Shown here: piece by piece, positions 61,281 through 64,000 of the stretch | Numbering within the stretch: position 1 is the stretch's first letter | Layout of the letters: each line of letters opens with the position of its first letter | DNA from: Antechinus flavipes | Taxonomy: Eukaryota | Assembly (NCBI RefSeq): GCF_016432865.1 | Contig: NC_067400.1 | Coordinates: 624,526,001-624,590,000 of the forward strand | Direction: 5' to 3' | Length of the DNA: 64,000 bases | Program-made: the position numbers and the translations under genes | The notes under the pieces: model-generated | What the model was told of the DNA's origin: nothing | The model's database searches: none | Seen by the model: the letters and a program-made list of their open reading frames with translations, nothing else

Positions 61281-61889
61281 GGAAAGTGTTAAATTAACAT
61301 TAAAGGGATATAAACAGGCTAGTAGAGAAAGATTTAAGAAATAGGGATAAAGGTCCAGAACATATCTTTAGTGTCTTGGGGTTGATGGAGTTTGAAGGAA
61401 GACATCACTGGTTTTAGTCTCAGCAGTTCATGACTACTGGTCTCTCTCCAGCTCCCCAAGGCTCTTCCCTCCTTCCCTCCCTCCCGTAATAAACATTTAT
61501 TAAGTTCCTACTGTGTGTCAGATATTATGCTAAGCTCGGTTTAGATGTCATGCAGCTAACCTCTTCCTCACCGGCTTTGGTGGCCGTTGTGTCCTTTCTT
61601 GTGATAAAACTCTCAATCCTGGATTGACCCTTACCCTGGGCTAAGAGTCCCTCCCACTAATCCCCAAGTAATGGCAATTTCTGAAGAGATTAAAGAAATG
61701 CTAGAGATTTCCTTGTGCTAGCTGTCATCAGCTCTAGGGTCTCATATTTCAGATCAAGAAATATTTACCGAGCTCCTACTAGACGCCAGGCACTGTGCTA
61801 AACATTAGGGATACAAAGAAAGGCAAAAGAGAGTCCCCATTTCCAAGCAGTTCACCATCTTGCAAGTGCATATGTTTTACATAACAGAA

Positions 61890-62680
61890 TCTCAGCTCAT
61901 GATTCAGGCCAGTTCCAATGACCTTGTGATGGAGAGAGCCATCTGCACTCGGAGAAAGGACTGTGGGAACTGAATGTGGATCACAACATCGCATTCTCAC
62001 TCTTTTTGTTATTATTTACTTGCATTTTATTTTTTCTCATTTTTTCCAGTTTGATTTGATTTTTCTTGTGCAGCAAGATAATTGTATAAATATGCATAGA
62101 AGAACTGCCCACATTTAATATATATTGGATTACTTGCCATCTAGGAGAGGGGGTGGGGGAAAGGGGGGAAATTTGGAACACAACGTTTTGCAAGGTTCAG
62201 TGTTGAAACATTTATCCATGCATATGTTTTGAAAATAAAGAACCTTAATCAAAAAAAAAATTGAATCTCAGCTCCCTAAAGACCCAGGATATTTCATTTG
62301 CCTTTTTACCTCCAGGGACTACAACTACAGATAAAATGCTTATTGAAGGTTCTACATCAGAGTCTTAGATATAGAATGAACCAGTCTCTCATTGGTTAAT
62401 TATTTTTAAGTTTATTTTATTTGAACAAAACAGAGTAAGAAAAAAAAACCAGAAAAGAAATACAAAACAAAATAAAACATTAATTATGACAGAGTGAAAC
62501 GGCTTTGCTAACATATTTAACATATATAGGACTGCTTGCCATCTAGGGGAGGGGGTGGAGGGAGGGAGGGGAAAAATCGGAACAGAAGCGAGTGCAAGGG
62601 ATAATGCTGTAAAAAATTACCCTGGCATGGATTCTGTCAATATAAAGTTATTATAAAATAAAATAAAATATTTAAAAAAA
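61890..62680 (+). mobile_element. Two L1 3' ends with A-rich tails
   Basis: 61890-62260 and 62510-62680 match the L1 3'UTR copies at 48920-49450 and 53890-54050. Confidence 0.8.
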
Positions 62681-63746
62681 AAAACGGCTTTGCTAGAAGT
62701 AGCAGAAGGCAAGACAATGAGCCTGGCAGGAGTAGCTGCTATGTGAGTGCCTGCATTAATGGTACCTTGGGCTCTGCCACTGGAACGACACTAATTGATG
62801 TATTTTATTGTTGTCCTTCTACCTCAGCCTGTACCTGGGCATTGGGTGTGAGCTGCCTGGACTGTGCTTTTTTAGTAGGGTACGAGGAGAGCTGCGGCTT
62901 TGTTCCAGGAGAAAGTCTCCAGCGCGAGCTCCCTCCTCCGGCTTTATCCAAGAAGAACTCAAGGGTATTTGCATGCTCCTGGCACTTTCCAGGCTAGGGG
63001 CATGAAGGGAATTGAGAGACATTTTTTCGCCTGGAAAGAAACGGGGTTACTGAAGTGAAAGGGAAGACATGGGTACCTCCAGGTGCACAAAGCTAGGACT
63101 GTTTCCTGCAGAGAAGAGGCTGCCTGGAAGCTTTCAATGAATAGACCACCCCCCAAAATGTCCTAATCGAGCAAAATCATCAGGAGACAGTTGTTCAGCA
63201 GATAACCAGCAGATGGCAGCATAGTAGAGCTCTACAATGGACACTAAAGGCTACTAGTTCAAAAGGGAGACGGAGGCTCAGTGGATGCTAGCACCCGACT
63301 GGTAGGTAACGGCCAGGGGCAAAAGACAGAGACCGGATGGGATGCAAGTACTGGATACCCCAGTGACCTCTGTTTCCTCCTGTTTCCTCTTGCCCAAAGG
63401 AGATTTGCTGACCCACTGAAGGGTGCATGTATTATAGGGGAGATTTCCCTTATTTGCTCTGCCACAGCTTGATTCCCTTTGGCTTTCAGCTTGTCTCCTA
63501 GTTTTGTCTGGTTGTTAGAGACTTGGTTCCAAAGAGGCCTTGGGAATCGGGGTTTTAAATACCCCCAAAGTGCCTTGAATTTAATACAGTTTTCAAGGAT
63601 TTCTGTTCAATAGTGTCCAGGCTAGTCTCGTGCATCATTACATCACAAATTTCCGGAGTGCCCTATGGGCCAATCCTTAGTTCTAAAGTGATGATCCCGC
63701 CTTAGTCTGAAGACCTCCAAGAAGGGAAACCCCATGCCCTCTCAAG

Positions 63747-64000
63747 GCAGCCCCCTCCATTAGTGGATGATTTTGCTAAGATGTTTTGTTCCTAACTCAG
63801 TGCTTAATTTGGAGACTCTCTTTGATGATCCGTAGCCCCCTTTGTGATCCTTGCCCATGTTCTTCCATGTGGGCAGCCCCCTCCATTAGCGGGTGATTAG
63901 TGGATGTTTTTTTCCTAACTCAGTGCTTAATTTGGAATCTCTCTGATGATCGGTAGCCCCCTTTGTGATCCTTGCCCATGTTCTTCCATGTTGGCAGCCC
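63747..64000. repeat. ~121-126 bp tandem repeat running off the window end
   Basis: GCAGCCCCCTCCATTAG starts at 63747, 63873 and 63994, with shared CCTAACTCAGTGCTTAATTTGGA and TAGCCCCCTTTGTGATCCTTGCCCATGTTCTTCCATG blocks. Confidence 0.9.

Noticed and set aside
62830-62965. Possible + strand coding exon (acceptor CCTTCTACCTCAG, donor AGG|GTATTT)
   Set aside because: No recognisable peptide in either open frame, weak donor, and no supported partner exons.
63685-63960. C/D-box snoRNA candidates (TGATGA boxes at ~63690, ~63825 and ~63945)
   Set aside because: The first has CTGA only 12 nt after box C, and the repeats lack a properly spaced D box and terminal stem. No host intron is evident.

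Overview
Eukaryotic genomic DNA, very probably from a marsupial and plausibly a dasyurid (inference: WSINE1/MIR-type SINEs, an RTE LINE, marsupial-type L1 3' ends, no Alu or B1). It is not prokaryotic and has no CRISPR arrays, rRNA or tRNA genes. The left ~41 kb is an extremely GC-rich, intron-compacted block syntenic with human 19q13.33: PRR12 (+, exons 2-14; exon 1 lies upstream of the window), RRAS (-), SCAF1 (+, one apparent frameshift in a C-run), IRF3 (-), PRMT1 (+) and CPT1C (+). I rebuilt all six exon chains by hand from splice sites, and the phases close except at the SCAF1 frameshift. Five intronic minisatellite arrays sit in this block. From ~43 kb the sequence becomes AT-rich and transposon-dense: two solo LTRs (one carrying a 1.5-kb 27-bp VNTR), many L1 fragments, a fragmented RTE element, SINEs and a 280-N gap. 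Best leads: (1) CPT1C has lost the malonyl-CoA-sensing Met and a conserved CoA-site Asp while keeping the catalytic His; (2) BCL2L12, ADM5 and TSKS, which flank these genes in human, are not recognisable here; (3) IRF3 seems to have lost one intron and gained another relative to human; (4) there are signs of strong GC-biased gene conversion and a sharp isochore boundary. I found no convincing wholly new gene system. Comparisons with human and rat proteins are from memory, not from a database search.
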